Positions 56,101 to 64,000 of a stretch of DNA of 64,000 bases are shown here, piece by piece. A program made the position numbers and the translations under genes. The stretch spans positions 1,592 through 65,591 of the forward strand of contig CBDEJQ010000029.1 of assembly GCA_965240135.1 (NCBI GenBank). The letters run 5' to 3'. How positions within the stretch are numbered: the stretch's first letter is position 1; the number at the start of each line of letters is the position of its first letter. The notes below the pieces were generated by a model. The model saw nothing but the letters and a program-made list of their open reading frames with translations. It was not told where the DNA came from and searched no databases. Origin of the DNA: an uncultured Candidatus Saccharibacteria bacterium (lineage in GTDB: Bacteria > Patescibacteriota > Saccharimonadia > Saccharimonadales > Saccharimonadaceae).

Positions 56101-57012
56101 ATGTCGGTGTATAAAGTTCCTCAAGACGTCGAGGCGGAGGACAAACTGCTCGGGCCGTTTAGTTTCCGGCAGTTTGTGTTCTTAATTATAGCTGTTATCG
56201 GAATCGCTATTGCATACGGTTTGAGTACAATTTTTCTACCTTTGGCAATAATTCCTGTACCGATAATTTTATTCTTTGGAGCGCTAGCTTTACCTCTTAA
56301 AAAAGACCAGCCAATGGAAGTTTATTTGGCGGCAGTTATTTCTTTTATGCTAAAACCAAAAAAGCGTCTATGGCAGCCTGATGGAATTGAAAGATTGGTC
56401 GAAGTTATCGCGCCAAAAGTCGAGGAAAAGACTTACGGCAATAACTACGATCAAGCCGAAGTCCAGCGAAGATTGTCATATTTGGCGAACCTGGTAGACA
56501 GTCAGGGTTGGTCAATTCGTGGCGTCAATAATCCGAATAGCTCAATGCGTGCCGATTTATTCAACGAAGGACAGGCAGCTAATGACATATTGGATGAAAA
56601 TAGCACTACGGCGCAAAATATCAATCACTTAATAAATCAGTCCGATGTTCGTAGGCGACAAGAAGTTATCCAAAAGATGCAAACAGAGCAATCTGCTACG
56701 CCGCCTCCTACGCAAACACCCCAATCATCTCAACCAGATAATCCTACTCCAGCCACACCGCTACAAATGAATCCGTACCCAACAATGCGTCAATCTGTAT
56801 TAAATCCAGCGTCCGAACGGCCTGCCGCGAGCGCTCCAGCTCAAACTCGACCGACAACTACGCCGCAAACTAGCGTAAACGAGGTGTCACCTGCTATAAT
56901 AGAACTGGCAAATAACCGCGACCTCTCGATTGAAACGATTGCGCGTGAGGCAAATCGAATTCAGCAAGAAAATAAATTATCAGATGAGGAAGTGGTGATT
57001 TCACTACGTTAG
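56101..57012 (+). CDS. PrgI/TcpE-like (VirB3-analogous) membrane protein
   Basis: The N-terminus is MSVYKVPQDVEAEDKLLGPFSFRQFVFLIIAVIGIAIAYGL, followed by a second TM. This pattern is characteristic of PrgI-family proteins encoded just upstream of VirB4. The tail is Pro/Thr/Gln-rich. Confidence 0.55.
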   Translation: MSVYKVPQDVEAEDKLLGPFSFRQFVFLIIAVIGIAIAYGLSTIFLPLAIIPVPIILFFGALALPLKKDQPMEVYLAAVISFMLKPKKRLWQPDGIERLVEVIAPKVEEKTYGNNYDQAEVQRRLSYLANLVDSQGWSIRGVNNPNSSMRADLFNEGQAANDILDENSTTAQNINHLINQSDVRRRQEVIQKMQTEQSATPPPTQTPQSSQPDNPTPATPLQMNPYPTMRQSVLNPASERPAASAPAQTRPTTTPQTSVNEVSPAIIELANNRDLSIETIAREANRIQQENKLSDEEVVISLR

Positions 57013-57021
57013 GTGGGGTTT

Positions 57022-57897
57022 ATGCAACCAGAGTTACAAAATCAACAATCTTATCAGCAGGTTCCGCAAACCAATGCGGCTCTTCCTGGTGTCCCTCAGC
57101 AGCCATCAGTAGCAATTGGTTCGGGACCAAATCCAACCACACCATCTCCAGATAAAACCCCTGACGACAAGAAGCAAAAAGGACCAATTAGCACTCAGAA
57201 TACGCTACTTTTCTCTGAAATGCGCGAAAATATGATTATCATGAGCGATGGCAGTTTTCGGGCGGTAGTGGAATGTGAATCAATTAACTTCGACCTTATG
57301 AGTTCACGCGAAAGAGAGGGGATTGAGTTCAGTTATCAAAACTTCATCAACTCTCTATATTTCCCAATTCAAGTTCTTATTCGTTCACGCCGCGTGGATA
57401 TCGGTCCGTATCTGGACAGATTGGCTGAAATTCGCCGCAATCAAGACAATATGCTTCTCAACGTCCTAATGGACGATTATATGGATTTTATTGATATTCT
57501 GGCACAAGAAGCAAATATTATGGATAAGAGTTTTTATGTTGTCGTTCCGTATTATCCAGCTGGCGAGGAAAATGCTTTCAAACAACAGACTAAGGGATTA
57601 TTCAATAGCTTCTTCAGCGGAAAAAAAGAGGCAACCGTAACAAAAATTGACCAAGTTACTTACACCAAAGCCAAAGATGAAATTAAAAACCGCGTCGATT
57701 CGGTTATGAACGGACTATTCCAAATGGGCGTAAAAAGTTGGCAATTAAATACCAGGCAACTGGGTGAGTTGTTCTACACTTCATATAATCCCGACACGTC
57801 GTCACGTGAATCGCTAGAAGGAATTGACCCGAGCGAGCTTACGACCACTTATGTAACTAAGGGAACTGGTCCATCACCGAGAGGAGGAAGGTTATAA
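57022..57897 (+). CDS. VirB4 N-terminal-domain-like protein (separate ORF)
   Basis: A Q/P-rich leader precedes LLFSEMRENMIIMSDGSFRAVVECESINFDLMSSREREGIEFSYQNFINSLYFPIQVLIRSRRVDIGPYL. This resembles the extreme N-terminal region of Gram-positive VirB4 ATPases. The stop overlaps the next ATG (ATAATGG). ATG 57022 has an AGGTGGGG SD. Confidence 0.5.
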   Translation: MQPELQNQQSYQQVPQTNAALPGVPQQPSVAIGSGPNPTTPSPDKTPDDKKQKGPISTQNTLLFSEMRENMIIMSDGSFRAVVECESINFDLMSSREREGIEFSYQNFINSLYFPIQVLIRSRRVDIGPYLDRLAEIRRNQDNMLLNVLMDDYMDFIDILAQEANIMDKSFYVVVPYYPAGEENAFKQQTKGLFNSFFSGKKEATVTKIDQVTYTKAKDEIKNRVDSVMNGLFQMGVKSWQLNTRQLGELFYTSYNPDTSSRESLEGIDPSELTTTYVTKGTGPSPRGGRL

Positions 57898-59756
57898 TGG
57901 CAAAGAAGAAATTAGATGCCGTTGATATTGCCGCTCAGCAACGAGCTCGTGAACAAGCCGAAGTCGAACAGGCCTTCTTAACCGGCGTTCGAACTCTGCG
58001 TGATTTTATCGCGCCAAGTAGTATTGAGCTTCATTCTGACCATTTTCGACTTGGCTCAAAATATGGTCGCACGATGTATGTTTATGGCTATCCTCGTCAG
58101 ATCTACACCGGTTGGCTTAGCTCAATCATTAACATCGACGAAGTGCTGGATATCAGTATGTTTATTTATCCAGTCGATACGCAAATTGTCCTGAATAACC
58201 TGCGCAAAAAAGTTACTCAGCTGGAAGCAACCATGAATATCAACATGGAAAAAGGAAAGGTGCGCGATCCAGGCTTGGAGGCAGCATTGCAAGACGCCGA
58301 AGAATTGCGCGACCAGCTGCAAATTGGCGCCGAAAAGTTCTTCCGCTATGGCTTATATATTACGCTTTACGCCGACAGTTTGGATGAATTGAATTTTATC
58401 CAGCATAAAATTGAAACTATTTTTGGTCAGCAATTGGTGTTCTCAAAAGTGGCCTCCAGCCAGCAGGAACAGGGATTGAATAGCTCTATTCCACAATTGA
58501 CCGATGAACTACAGATTCGCCGCAACATGAACACTGGCGCAATTTCAACCAGCTTCCCGTTCACTTCAGCCGATTTAACGGACAATAAGGGCGTACTTTA
58601 CGGAATTAATATGCATAATAATGGCTTGGTGATTTTTGACAGATTCTCTCTGGAAAACGCCAATATGGTCGTGTTCGCTAAGTCTGGTGCTGGTAAATCA
58701 TTTACCGTTAAGTTGGAAGCTTTAAGAAGTATGATGGTTGGGGCTGACATTGTGATTATTGACCCAGAAAACGAGTACCAAAAACTATGCGACGCGGTTG
58801 GTGGCAGTTATATTCGATTGAGCTTAAGTAGCGACACGAGGATTAATCCGTTTGATTTGCCGCGTGTGATTGACACTGATGAGGCAGATGACGCACTGCG
58901 AGCCAACTTAGTTACTCTACACGGACTACTCAGGCAAATGCTGGGCGGCGCAGGAGTAGGAGTTGGCGGGCAAGTCGTAGCAGGATTATCACCAGCGGAA
59001 GAAGCTGATATTGATCAAGCGTTAATCGACACTTACGCGCGCGTTGGCATTACTTCAGATCCATTGACGCACAATTCTACGCCACCGACGATTTCCGACC
59101 TATACGACACCTTGCTTCACATGGGCGGAACTGGCCCAAGTCTGGCTCAGCGACTCCGCAAATTTACCTCTGGAACGTTTGCGGGAATATTTTCACAACA
59201 GAGTAACATTGACATTAATAATAATATGGTTGTCTTTAACATTCGCGACTTGGAAGATGAACTGCGACCAACAGCGATGTATATTGTTCTGAATCATATC
59301 TGGAATATTACGCGCACCGACCAGAGAAAGCGTATGTTGATTGTTGACGAGGCTTGGCAATTAATGAAATATGACGATTCTGCCAACTTCTTATTCTCAT
59401 TAGCCAAGCGCGCCCGCAAATATCAATTAGGATTAACGACAATCACGCAGGACGTGGAAGACTTCGTCGGAAGTAAAATGGGGCGAGCAATCGTTTCCAA
59501 CTCCTCAATGCAACTACTTTTGAAGCAGTCTGCCAGCGCCGTTGACGTTTTAGCGCAAGTGTTTAAATTGACAGATGAAGAGCAGAAACGACTAGCTAAT
59601 TTCCCGGTTGGACAAGGTTTATTCTTTGCTGGACAAAATCACGTTCACATCCAGATTCAGGCTAGCGATACCGAATATAATTTGATCAATACAAATCCCG
59701 TATCACAACAAATAAAACCGTCAGATTCACCGATCGGCGGCTATGGAGCGGTGTAG
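57897..59756 (+). CDS. virB4: VirB4-family T4SS ATPase (middle and C-terminal ATPase part)
   Basis: 619 aa. It contains YGYPRQIYTGWLSSII (VirB4 mid-region), Walker A FAKSGAGKSF and Walker B MLIVDEAWQLM, plus downstream KYQLGLTTITQD. Confidence 0.8.
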   Translation: MAKKKLDAVDIAAQQRAREQAEVEQAFLTGVRTLRDFIAPSSIELHSDHFRLGSKYGRTMYVYGYPRQIYTGWLSSIINIDEVLDISMFIYPVDTQIVLNNLRKKVTQLEATMNINMEKGKVRDPGLEAALQDAEELRDQLQIGAEKFFRYGLYITLYADSLDELNFIQHKIETIFGQQLVFSKVASSQQEQGLNSSIPQLTDELQIRRNMNTGAISTSFPFTSADLTDNKGVLYGINMHNNGLVIFDRFSLENANMVVFAKSGAGKSFTVKLEALRSMMVGADIVIIDPENEYQKLCDAVGGSYIRLSLSSDTRINPFDLPRVIDTDEADDALRANLVTLHGLLRQMLGGAGVGVGGQVVAGLSPAEEADIDQALIDTYARVGITSDPLTHNSTPPTISDLYDTLLHMGGTGPSLAQRLRKFTSGTFAGIFSQQSNIDINNNMVVFNIRDLEDELRPTAMYIVLNHIWNITRTDQRKRMLIVDEAWQLMKYDDSANFLFSLAKRARKYQLGLTTITQDVEDFVGSKMGRAIVSNSSMQLLLKQSASAVDVLAQVFKLTDEEQKRLANFPVGQGLFFAGQNHVHIQIQASDTEYNLINTNPVSQQIKPSDSPIGGYGAV

Positions 59757-59773
59757 AAAAATAGCGAGAAAAT

Positions 59774-62700
59774 ATGGCACGAGTTGATTACACGACGGAT
59801 TCCGAAACTGACAGCAGATTAAATCCTGCTGAGCAGGCTAAGTTTGATCAAATCTCGGCTGGTTCTGACAGTGGGTCAGAGTTAAGTGATCGCGAAAAAG
59901 ATGTCATAAACGACCTTGAATCTCAGTTTGACAATAAAGATTCGGACTTAAATCCTAGCCAAAACGATTCCGCCAGCGCTGCCGTTAATAACCAAGAATC
60001 TTCCGTTCCAGGCAACGGTTTTTATCAGCCGTCTGCGGGAAAGAAGAAAAGTCCAGTAACATTCAAGTCTTTGCTGAAAAAACGCGGACCAATTGCAGCC
60101 ATTGCTGGAACACTGGGACTAGGTGGTGGAATTATGGGAATATTTCTTAGTCCAGCAACGATGTTGCAAAATATAATGGAAAACTTTACCCAAAAAAACG
60201 ACTCCGCCTCAATTGTTAAAGAAGTTCGCATGAAAAAGGTCATGAATAAAATGATTGACGCCGGCGATGATGCGGGAATTTGTAAAAGTAAAAAAATACG
60301 CTGCAAAACAGGACGACTTTCCAACAGAGCTCTTAAGAAATTCAAGAAATCCGGATTAATACCAGTTGATGCTAATGGTAAAGAAATGGACGTAAAAGGA
60401 AGAGGATATCCAGAAAAAAACCCAACTCACTGGAAAATAGAAGGAGTAAACGACGGAAAGCCTATCGAAGCATCGAAATTAAAAGACGAATTGCTCAAAA
60501 AAGAGAATCGTAAAATTGCCAGTAAAGTCTATGGAAGGGCAGGCTTATTTAATATGCGTTTTCGTTCCTGGACAGGAAAACATATAAGTAGGCTTTACAG
60601 TAAATTCAACCTTAAAAGAAATAGTGCCATTTCAAAAATTGATAAAAAACTTGGGATAAAAGAAAGAAGAGAGAAATTAAAAGAAAAGCTTCCAAAGTTC
60701 GAAGAAGGGCGTGCTATTGGAAATATTAGAGAAGGTGTTAACAAATTAGGAGGTAAATTAAAAAAGGGAGGCTTAGCCTATACTATTAGCGCAGGAGCTT
60801 GTGCTGCAGTAAAAATTCCAAATCTTATTGCGGCAGGCGTAGCAGCAATTCAGTTAGCTCCACTATTAGGTCTAGTTATGGATGTTGTCCTATCCCCTGG
60901 ATCACAAGCTAAGGCCTCTGGTCTAGGTAACCAGCCTGTTACGGCGTTATTATTCGGGCAAAAAGCTCTAGCTGCCGAATCTACAGGAGGCAGTGGATTC
61001 TCTCAAGAAACGATGGAGACAATCGGTACAATGCTAACCGAAAGAGGTAAAATGGAAGGGTCTGAAAATACCGAAGGATCAGCCCTAGATTCTCCTTATC
61101 TTCTAGCAGCAATGGGAGTTAATAGTAATAAGCCGGGAATCGCCAAAAATTATATTCCAGGATATTCGGTAGCTACGAATCCTATAGTCCAAGGCTTCAA
61201 TGAAGTTAAAAAGGCTACTGACGGTGTATGTGATTATATATTAAGTCCAGTTGCCATGTATGCCTCTATGGCAATAGAAGCAGCAGTCTCAGCCTCTACT
61301 GGTGGTATAAGTGCAATAATTAGCTGGGTTGGTAAGGCAGCGCTATCTGAAGTGATTAAAAAAGTACTCGAATATGCAGTTGGCGAGCAGGTAAAAAATA
61401 TCCTCACAGAATTAGCAAAAAGTCTCCTTACGCCAGACAAGGCTCAATACAAAGACCTGGGAGATGCACTCGGCGTTGGTGCTGCAGCATTCTTTTCAGC
61501 AGGCTCTATGGGACAGATGCTACCAGGACTTAAAATGAGCCAATTGGCAGAATTCAATGGAATCCAAATAGCAAATGAAGAGTTCCAAAAAGAAATGGAC
61601 ATTGCTTCGTTAAGTCCATTTGATACATCAAGTAGGTATACATTCTTAGGCAGTATATTCCATAATATGGGTAATATGATGATGGCTAATGGGACTTATA
61701 GCAAAACTCCAGTAGCAATGCTGTCCAATATTCTCAGGCTACCTTCTATGGCACTATCTTATTCATCCACTGCAAAAGCAGCAAGCGGTATGTATTCTGA
61801 TAAATATTGCGGATACGCAAAAGACTTTTCTATGGGTAGCGGATCATCGGAAGATCCAGCAATAAACTTAGCTGGTATGCCATGTAGTGGTATTACAAAG
61901 AGTCAAGCCAACATGTCAGTAGAAGAAGCTATTCAAATCGCCGAAGACGAAGGATGGATAAAGAAAGATACAGATATTCCAGATGGTGCAGATATATCCG
62001 ATCTCATGACTAGCGGATATATAGTTAAGGATACACCTCTTTACGATTTCATTGAAGATTGTAGCACTGCAGAAAAAGGTGAATATTGGTTCAATAGTGG
62101 CGGATGTACAGCACCAACAGATTCGACACAGACAACATCATCTACCGCACCAACATATAAAGATAATGAAAATAAAGATATTACTGACCAATCTTTCGGA
62201 GCTGATAATTCCGCCAAACAATACGACGACAAGAAGCTTTCCGCAATGTCAGTATTACTAATCGACTTCCAGATTGCCCAATCAATTAATGGCGAAGATG
62301 ACGAAGAAGAAGCTCCTTCAACCACAGCTAAAGCTCCAGATAATGGCGAGGCAATTGGCGAACCACAATTAGAGGAAGCACAACAAGACGGATGGGGAGG
62401 CCATAGTAACGGAGAAATTCCAGATTCAGAATTGCAAACTCTATCTTTCTCGCCAGGCAATAAAATGAATAAGAAAGCTGCGGCGGCCATGGAAGAAATG
62501 AATAAAGCGTACAAAGCTGATAACGGGTCAGACTTAACAATTAATGAAGCGTATCGAGATTGTGCAACACAAATTAGATATAGAAAAGAACTAGGGGAAA
62601 AAGCAGCTCCAGCTCCTCCATGTATATCAAACCACGGCTGGGGTCTTGCTGCAGATATTGAAGTTGGCGCGTTTGGGTCTTCTACATACAATTGGCTGAA

Positions 62701-62800
62701 GGCTAACGCTCATAAATACGGATATGTACATCCTGCCTGGGCTGAACCAGGTAGAAGAAATCCCGAACAGTGGCACTGGGAGTATGCAAGGAAGGTCTAA
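59774..62800 (+). CDS. large polytopic protein with C-terminal M15 (VanY-like, LAS-family) peptidoglycan peptidase domain
   Basis: 1008 aa. It has an acidic disordered N-terminus and several hydrophobic segments. The C-terminus carries SNHGWGLAAD (SxHxxGxAxD) and PEQWHWEY (ExWH). This is the position occupied by the cell-wall hydrolase in Gram-positive T4SS operons. Confidence 0.65.
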   Translation: MARVDYTTDSETDSRLNPAEQAKFDQISAGSDSGSELSDREKDVINDLESQFDNKDSDLNPSQNDSASAAVNNQESSVPGNGFYQPSAGKKKSPVTFKSLLKKRGPIAAIAGTLGLGGGIMGIFLSPATMLQNIMENFTQKNDSASIVKEVRMKKVMNKMIDAGDDAGICKSKKIRCKTGRLSNRALKKFKKSGLIPVDANGKEMDVKGRGYPEKNPTHWKIEGVNDGKPIEASKLKDELLKKENRKIASKVYGRAGLFNMRFRSWTGKHISRLYSKFNLKRNSAISKIDKKLGIKERREKLKEKLPKFEEGRAIGNIREGVNKLGGKLKKGGLAYTISAGACAAVKIPNLIAAGVAAIQLAPLLGLVMDVVLSPGSQAKASGLGNQPVTALLFGQKALAAESTGGSGFSQETMETIGTMLTERGKMEGSENTEGSALDSPYLLAAMGVNSNKPGIAKNYIPGYSVATNPIVQGFNEVKKATDGVCDYILSPVAMYASMAIEAAVSASTGGISAIISWVGKAALSEVIKKVLEYAVGEQVKNILTELAKSLLTPDKAQYKDLGDALGVGAAAFFSAGSMGQMLPGLKMSQLAEFNGIQIANEEFQKEMDIASLSPFDTSSRYTFLGSIFHNMGNMMMANGTYSKTPVAMLSNILRLPSMALSYSSTAKAASGMYSDKYCGYAKDFSMGSGSSEDPAINLAGMPCSGITKSQANMSVEEAIQIAEDEGWIKKDTDIPDGADISDLMTSGYIVKDTPLYDFIEDCSTAEKGEYWFNSGGCTAPTDSTQTTSSTAPTYKDNENKDITDQSFGADNSAKQYDDKKLSAMSVLLIDFQIAQSINGEDDEEEAPSTTAKAPDNGEAIGEPQLEEAQQDGWGGHSNGEIPDSELQTLSFSPGNKMNKKAAAAMEEMNKAYKADNGSDLTINEAYRDCATQIRYRKELGEKAAPAPPCISNHGWGLAADIEVGAFGSSTYNWLKANAHKYGYVHPAWAEPGRRNPEQWHWEYARKV

Positions 62801-63258
62801 TGAATAAAGAAAATAAAGTCATATTAATATCATCCGTATTATTTTTAGTAAGTATTACGGTAACTTTCCTTATTGTTAAAAACCCTGACAGTAGTCAATA
62901 CACAACTATTCTGTCATCATCTCAAAATGCCAACGAGAGCTCAAATAGTCAAAATAATACTCACGGGCAATCTTCAGAGCAAAAAGCTATCATCGAATTG
63001 CTAAACTCTACTTCCAGTACCTACGGTAATCGTGAATTAAAAAAATACTCAATAGTAAAAGAACAGGGCGAATTTAAGTTGGTTACTTTAGAAATTTATA
63101 GCGAGAAAATTAAATCTACTTATGACGTATACGCAATTCTAAGAAATAATTCGGTCGTAACGGGTGTTAATGATAGAAAATCCTCAGACGCCTTAAAAAA
63201 TATTGGTGTTCCCACAGATATTATAAACGAATATAAAAGGAACCAGTCTGATGTATAA
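62800..63258 (+). CDS. small bitopic membrane protein (in the VirB8/PrgL position of the operon)
   Basis: 152 aa from MNKENKVILISSVLFLVSITVTFLIV. AAGGAAGG SD. The ATG overlaps the upstream TAA. The functional guess rests on synteny only. Confidence 0.55.
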   Translation: MNKENKVILISSVLFLVSITVTFLIVKNPDSSQYTTILSSSQNANESSNSQNNTHGQSSEQKAIIELLNSTSSTYGNRELKKYSIVKEQGEFKLVTLEIYSEKIKSTYDVYAILRNNSVVTGVNDRKSSDALKNIGVPTDIINEYKRNQSDV

Positions 63259-64000
63259 AAAGCTATCTATCGTTCTTTGCTTTGCTGTATCTTTTGCTAT
63301 TACTATGCAACCAGTATCTTTGGCGGCAGAATATCCCGATTCGTATGTAACAAACGATATTCTTTGGTATAAAGAAAATGATTCAACAACTTGTTCCGGA
63401 TCATCTTCTAATGGAGTGTCAGGATCTGATAATCAAGAGAAGATTTGGGGGTATTTACGCAACGCAGGATTAAGCGCTGAACAAACAGCTGGCGTGATGG
63501 CTAATATTCAAGCAGAATCCGGATTTAGTCCCACTAGACACGAAGTAGGCCAAGGATGGGAGTCTGGAGGTTGGGGACTCGCCCAGTGGACGTTCGGAAG
63601 ACGAACGCAGATAGCTAATAAAATACCATCTGAATTAAAAAAATATTACAGCCAAGAATATGGTGGTGCGCCTAACGACAAGGGTATGGTCGATTCTATT
63701 CCAGTAGAAGATAATGACAAACTATTAATCTTCGAATTAGAGTATTTAGTGCAAGAGGGAAAGGAAAGACCGGTCACAGCTTCTGGATTTGGTACAGCTT
63801 CGAACTCATGGGAATTGTTAAAAACCCTGAAGACAGTTGATGACGCCACTGTTTTTTGGCATGACGATTTTGAAAAATCAGCCATGACAAAAGAGCAGGT
63901 TAAAAATATACGCGGTACCGCCGCTCAAAAAATCTATGAAAGATTTAATGGTACAGGCGGAAGCGGAGGAGGATGCTCTTCATCAAATGGTGGTGACTTT
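63251..64000 (+). CDS. secreted phage-tail-lysozyme-like peptidoglycan hydrolase (3' end beyond the window)
   Basis: My own translation gives MYKKLSIVLCFAVSFAITMQPVSLAAEYPD...EKIWGYLRNAGLSAEQTAGVMANIQAESGFSPTRHE...GGWGLAQWTFGRR. It has a signal peptide and the ..N.QAESGF..GWGLAQW pattern of tail-tip lysozyme domains. ATGTATAA overlap with the upstream gene. Confidence 0.6.
   Translation, partial: MYKKLSIVLCFAVSFAITMQPVSLAAEYPDSYVTNDILWYKENDSTTCSGSSSNGVSGSDNQEKIWGYLRNAGLSAEQTAGVMANIQAESGFSPTRHEVGQGWESGGWGLAQWTFGRRTQIANKIPSELKKYYSQEYGGAPNDKGMVDSIPVEDNDKLLIFELEYLVQEGKERPVTASGFGTASNSWELLKTLKTVDDATVFWHDDFEKSAMTKEQVKNIRGTAAQKIYERFNGTGGSGGGCSSSNGGDF

Noticed and set aside
49598-64000. Calling the T4SS-like region an integrative conjugative element.
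   Set aside because: No integrase, relaxase, coupling protein, oriT-like inverted repeat or duplicated tRNA-Asp 3' end is visible in the window. The mobile-element call is unsupported, although the right boundary lies outside the window.

Overview
This is a gene-dense 64-kb chromosomal segment with very short intergenic regions, frequent 1-4 nt gene overlaps and several convergent genes that overlap at their stops. I saw no transposase, integrase, CRISPR array or rRNA.

Positions 1-43,500 are housekeeping genes: pnp (partial), sortase, rpsO, truB, rpsT, holA, mutM, polA, rpoD, dnaG, orn, pyrH, mscL, argS, pyrG, class Ia nrdAB, a MacB-type ABC pair, PGI/PMI, groES-groEL with a perfect CIRCE operator, murF, murE, tsaD, a FemAB-family protein and valS.

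Positions 43,500-49,700 mix six tRNA genes with rlmH, comF, hsp20 and seven paralogous small VirB2/TrbC-like (pilin-like) membrane protein genes. The tRNAs are Ser-UGA, Ser-GCU, Arg-GCG, Ser-CGA and Asp-GUC; Ser-GGA lies at 27.7 kb. Six of the seven pilin-like genes form one tandem operon.

Positions 49,800-64,000 are a plus-strand operon with the gene order of a Gram-positive-type minimal type IV secretion system. It encodes a lipoprotein, two large VirB6-like polytopic paralogs, a PrgI/VirB3-like protein, a VirB4 ATPase split into two coupled ORFs, a polytopic protein ending in an M15 (VanY-like) peptidase, a small bitopic protein, and a phage-tail-lysozyme-like hydrolase that is truncated by the window end. 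No relaxase, coupling protein or integrase is visible.

This T4SS-like and pilin-battery locus is the most interesting system here. Other notable observations:
- a recurrent leaderless-type promoter layout (TGnTAnnnT, then 6 nt, then ATG) at 11 genes;
- a DnaG primase that has lost all four zinc ligands;
- a DHH-fold protein with degenerate catalytic motifs;
- tandem HX4D acyltransferase-like paralogs downstream of pyrG;
- a tRNA-Arg with anticodon GCG.

The gene content (sortase, FemAB, MurE/F, reduced metabolism, T4SS-like locus) fits a reduced-genome Patescibacteria/CPR organism such as a Saccharibacteria member. That placement is inference only; I could run no search.
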